Below are positions 60,369 to 64,000 of a stretch of 64,000 bases of DNA, in pieces. The DNA is from an uncultured Acidobacteriota bacterium (lineage in GTDB: Bacteria; Acidobacteriota; UBA6911). The notes beneath the pieces were generated by a model. It saw nothing but the letters and a program-made list of their open reading frames with translations, ran no database searches and had not been told where the DNA came from. The stretch lies in the NCBI GenBank assembly GCA_963809485.1, contig CAWEJX010000001.1:352001-416000 (forward strand), in the 5' to 3' direction. The translations under genes were made by a program, and so were the position numbers. Position 1 is the first letter of the stretch. Every line of letters starts with the position of its first letter.

Positions 60369-61514
60369 ATGGCGAGCAACGGAAAAGGAACCCGCGCAGA
60401 TACAGATATAGAGGTGCATGCCGGTGGCATGGAGGCCATAGGCCGCATCGCCGATGAATGGCGCGAACTATGCAAGGTAGCCAGGAACGATGAGCCCTTT
60501 TATCGCCCTGAATGCATCGCCGCATACCTTCGGGCGTTCGACCGTGAGGCTAAGCTCAAGCTGATTGCGGCGCGCAAGGGGTCCAAGCTTACGGGCGTCC
60601 TCCCTCTAATATATGAAACAACAACCTTCCGGGGACTGCCTGTTCGAAAACTGAAGAGCCCGGCAAATGTTCATTCGCTGCGCTTTGACCTTCTGTGTCA
60701 ATCCGGCGCGGATGGGGATTCAGCCCTGCGGGCATTGTGGCGCTTCATCAGTCACATGTCAGGATGGGATATGCTTGAAGTTTCCTATGTGCCTCAGGAC
60801 GGGGCTTTCGAGCAAATCATGGCGGCTGCTTCCGCAAGTGGATTCCCGATCGGGCATGGTTACCTATGGCGCACACCTTACCTGCTTTTGGATCCAGGAA
60901 GCCCCGAACGGGATTGGGAAAGGCAGATGCACGGGGACCACAAGCGAGAACTCCGTCGCACACGGAGGAAACTTGAAGCACTTGGAAACCTCCGACTAAA
61001 GCGAATTACCGAGTTTGACGGCGATGCTTTGGAGACTCTGTACCGAATTGAGCAATCCGGCTGGAAAGGAAAAGCAGGCGGCGCAATTGCCAATCATTCG
61101 GATACAAAACAGTTTTATGGCGACCTGACAAGGTCCGCTGCTGAATTTGGGTATTTCGTTTTTCACAGCCTGGAGCTGAACGGATCCTGCATCGCGGCGA
61201 GCATCGGTATGTTCTATGGATCCCGCTTCTTTGCCATCAAGTGGGCTTATGATGAACAGTATTCCAAACTCGGGCTGGGCCACCTATTAATCGAGGATAT
61301 TATGGGAGACTGCAAAGCGCTGGGAGCCACTGAATTCCAATTTATGGGCCCTTGGGCTGAATATAAAGCCAGGTGGGCGAACTTGGTAAAACCGCACGCG
61401 TGCTGCTACATTTTCAGATCCGGGCGCTACGGAAGCCTCCTTCATGACATGAAATTTATGGCAACGCCCATAATCAAGCGCTGGTTAGGAAAAAACATAG
61501 TCCCCAAGGAATAG
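60369..61514 (+). CDS. CelD/BcsL-like (Acetyltransf_6) GNAT protein, paralog of upstream gene
   Basis: NDEPFYRPE, IEQSGWKG, KWAYDEQYSKLGLGHLL, YKARW. Confidence 0.82.
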   Translation: MASNGKGTRADTDIEVHAGGMEAIGRIADEWRELCKVARNDEPFYRPECIAAYLRAFDREAKLKLIAARKGSKLTGVLPLIYETTTFRGLPVRKLKSPANVHSLRFDLLCQSGADGDSALRALWRFISHMSGWDMLEVSYVPQDGAFEQIMAAASASGFPIGHGYLWRTPYLLLDPGSPERDWERQMHGDHKRELRRTRRKLEALGNLRLKRITEFDGDALETLYRIEQSGWKGKAGGAIANHSDTKQFYGDLTRSAAEFGYFVFHSLELNGSCIAASIGMFYGSRFFAIKWAYDEQYSKLGLGHLLIEDIMGDCKALGATEFQFMGPWAEYKARWANLVKPHACCYIFRSGRYGSLLHDMKFMATPIIKRWLGKNIVPKE

Positions 61515-61541
61515 CATCCTGCCGAAAACAGCGAGGTTTGA

Positions 61542-62597
61542 ATGACCAGAGCCAGACAATGGTTCCATGGCTTCCTCTACTACTCAGGCCTTTGGCTTGT
61601 TTTTCGAAAATGGAACCGCCGGCGTATCGCGATACTTATGTATCACGGCATCGTTGAGCGGGATCTCGGCACTTGGACCCAGGTGCCCGCAGAGGCATTC
61701 ACAAAGCAGATGCAATATATACATGATTCCTGCAAGCCAATCGCGCTGACCCATGCCGTCCGAGTGCTTCGACAGAAAGAGCCTGGACCCAGGTGCGGAG
61801 TCGCGGTGACTTTTGACGACGGCTTTCGAAGCAATGAAAAACTGGGCTATCCGGTTTTGAAATCCCTGGACATTCCCGCCACAATATTCATGACAACTTC
61901 ATTTGTTGAAAAATCCGGGAAATGGGGGGCGCTTCCGTGGAGTGATTTTATACGGCTGGTAATAAGACGGGCTCAGGCAACACACCTGGATGCAAGAGAA
62001 TTGGGACTAGGGATCATTGATTTGACCGACAGCAAGAGCACTTCTGATGCCACAAGGTCGATTCTCGGCCGGCTTAAGAGCCTGGACGCGGCGGAAAAAA
62101 ACCGGCTACTGGCTTTGATTGTTGATCGCGCGCAGCCATTGATGCCACTGGATCCCGAAGGGTACTATGATCCCCTCGACGCGGAAGCCCTGCGGCGGCT
62201 CATTTCAGGAGGGCTGATCGAATTCGGAGCGCATACTCTAAACCATGAAATTCTCACCCGCCTGCCAATAGAGGAAGCTTCAGAGGAAATGTGGGCATCG
62301 AAGGCCAAGACCCAGCAACTGACAGGGCAGCCGGTGCGTCACTTCGCCTATCCGAACGGGATGCCCTCCGATTACAATACCGACCTCCAGCGGATTGCAT
62401 CGAACCATTTCGATTCCGCTGCAACGACCCTTTCAGGGCTTAATTCCGTTGGCTGCAATCCATATGAACTCAAGCGCATTCCGATCGGAAACGACACCAA
62501 CATGATCGAATTCAAGCTTTGCCTTTCCGGCACTCTCGAATTTTTTGAAAGCTTTATCCAATGCCTCCGCCCGACCCTCCAGAACAGGATCCCATAG
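61542..62597 (+). CDS. Polysaccharide deacetylase (CE4/NodB-like)
   Basis: ILMYHG, VTFDDGF, GAHTLNH, FAYPNG. Confidence 0.92.
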   Translation: MTRARQWFHGFLYYSGLWLVFRKWNRRRIAILMYHGIVERDLGTWTQVPAEAFTKQMQYIHDSCKPIALTHAVRVLRQKEPGPRCGVAVTFDDGFRSNEKLGYPVLKSLDIPATIFMTTSFVEKSGKWGALPWSDFIRLVIRRAQATHLDARELGLGIIDLTDSKSTSDATRSILGRLKSLDAAEKNRLLALIVDRAQPLMPLDPEGYYDPLDAEALRRLISGGLIEFGAHTLNHEILTRLPIEEASEEMWASKAKTQQLTGQPVRHFAYPNGMPSDYNTDLQRIASNHFDSAATTLSGLNSVGCNPYELKRIPIGNDTNMIEFKLCLSGTLEFFESFIQCLRPTLQNRIP

Positions 62598-62598
62598 C

Positions 62599-63735
62599 AT
62601 GGCCCGTGTAAAAACGGAAACCGCAGTCATTCCGATACGCACAAGTGAAGATTTTCTGCAACTGGAGGCCGGCTGGAACAGTCTTCTGGCCCGAATTCCC
62701 GATCACACGCCTTTCTCCACTCACGCCTGGCTGCAATCCTGGATCGAGGCATTCGGCGATCAGGTCGAGATTATTTCTTTAGTTGCGAAAAGAGGCGAGC
62801 ACACCGTCGGCATCGCGCCACTGTGCAAATGGGATTCGGGTGCCGTCACCTTTATTGGCTATCCCCAGAGTGATTATGCGGATTTTCTGATTGATCCATC
62901 CCTCCCTTCGGCGCTGGGAACGATCCTCGAGGCTTTCCGGGAGCTGCCAAACAACTGGAGTCGAATGATTTTGGATCAATTCCCTGAATCTTATAGTACT
63001 TGCGCGGCCCTGGCCGCCTGCATGAAACAAAGCGGGTATCCCTTCCGCGTGGAGAAGTCGGACCCATCACCCGCAATGGTTCTGGACAACATCGCGGCAG
63101 CCAGAAAGGTCTATTACAAGCAGCATATTGCGAATTATATCAATAAGCTCAAAAAGCAGGGAAATCTTGCATTTAATATATATAGGGACTCCGATATCGC
63201 GGTATCACGGCTTGACGACTTATTCGAGCAGCATATTGCGCGGTGGAAAAACACGGCGACTCCCAGTGCTTTTGCCAGCGAAAGAATACGAAGATTCTAT
63301 AGAATCTTTACGACGCGAATGCATCGGCTGGGCTGGATTCACTTTTGCAGCCTTACGCTCGATGAGAAATTCCTCGCATTTTTTCTATCCTTCGAATACC
63401 GGAAAAAGCTATATCTTTACAAGCCGTCCTTCAATCCAGATTATGCCAAAACCTCGCCAGGCCAGACCATACTGCGCTATCTATTTGATTATGCCGTGCA
63501 GGAATCCATTACCGAAATCGACTTTTGCCGTGGCGATGAAGCCTACAAACAGCGATTTTCCAACGTCACCCGCCAAAATTGCCGTCTCCGGGTTTATCGG
63601 AACCGGATCTCCGGAACCATGGCTGTATCCGCCCGACGCCTTTGGCATTCCCAACCGGTCGCTGCTTTTTCTAGGAGCCGTTTTGCAGTCAGAATCAAAG
63701 AGATACTGAACAGGTTCGTATATACCGTAAAATGA
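62599..63735 (+). CDS. CelD/BcsL-like GNAT protein
   Basis: WNSLL...PFSTHAWLQSW, VGIAPL, SDYADF, SPGQTIL, DFCRGDEAYKQRF. Confidence 0.82.
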   Translation: MARVKTETAVIPIRTSEDFLQLEAGWNSLLARIPDHTPFSTHAWLQSWIEAFGDQVEIISLVAKRGEHTVGIAPLCKWDSGAVTFIGYPQSDYADFLIDPSLPSALGTILEAFRELPNNWSRMILDQFPESYSTCAALAACMKQSGYPFRVEKSDPSPAMVLDNIAAARKVYYKQHIANYINKLKKQGNLAFNIYRDSDIAVSRLDDLFEQHIARWKNTATPSAFASERIRRFYRIFTTRMHRLGWIHFCSLTLDEKFLAFFLSFEYRKKLYLYKPSFNPDYAKTSPGQTILRYLFDYAVQESITEIDFCRGDEAYKQRFSNVTRQNCRLRVYRNRISGTMAVSARRLWHSQPVAAFSRSRFAVRIKEILNRFVYTVK

Positions 63736-64000
63736 CAGATTGCATTGGCCGGCCAGATCCCTCGCCGAGGATCAACATCGCGTTTATTATTGATACTATA
63801 ATTAATCCTACGGGAGGAACTGAAAAACAGCTCCTGAGGCTCCTGCGCGACCTGGATCCCCAAAGGTTTCAGTCCTATCTTGTAACGCTCCGCTGTTCCG
63901 AATGGCTAAGCAAACAGACATTGGATATTCCGGTTATCACCCTCCAAAATCATGGAACGATAAAGCATGGCTTGGATTTCCTGAAATCGTTGTCCTTCGC
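63732..64000 (+). CDS. Glycosyltransferase (GT4-like N-terminus, runs off window edge)
   Basis: Manual translation MTDCIGRPDPSPRINIAFIIDTIINPTGGTEKQLLRLLRDLDPQRF...; ATGA overlap with upstream stop. Confidence 0.75.
   Translation, partial: MTDCIGRPDPSPRINIAFIIDTIINPTGGTEKQLLRLLRDLDPQRFQSYLVTLRCSEWLSKQTLDIPVITLQNHGTIKHGLDFLKSLSF

Overview
Bacterial chromosomal window; gene content suggests Acidobacteriota (inference). It has four blocks. (1) 1-12.8 kb, core and envelope genes: a secreted TPR protein, a frameshifted beta-propeller gene paired with a SpoIVB/S55 peptidase, mobA, a degenerate alpha/beta hydrolase, smc, purC, cvpA and a Fis-like HTH gene. (2) 12.8-29.7 kb, a duplicated phosphate-starvation region: two pstSCAB-phoU operons, a porin, two PhoB-like regulators, PhoR, a stand-alone PP2C phosphatase and three arrays of 11-bp-period Pho-box-like repeats. 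(3) 29.8-36.4 kb: CIRCE-controlled groES-groEL, an ArnT-like transferase, cysS, yraN and tRNA-Gly(GCC). (4) 36.4-64 kb, a cell-surface block: two cohesin-bearing secreted proteins and an FN3-dockerin protein beside an exosortase/PEP-CTERM machinery (priming sugar transferase, PrsT-like giant TPR lipoprotein, EpsI, exosortase, PrsR, PrsK), followed by an exopolysaccharide modification cluster. The best novelty candidates are the enzyme-free cohesin-dockerin cluster tied to the exosortase/EPS locus and a two-copy, non-coding, nested-palindrome mobile element with IS200/IS605-like ends. No CRISPR array, rRNA, integrase or transposase gene was seen. All family assignments come from motif recognition by eye, not from database searches.
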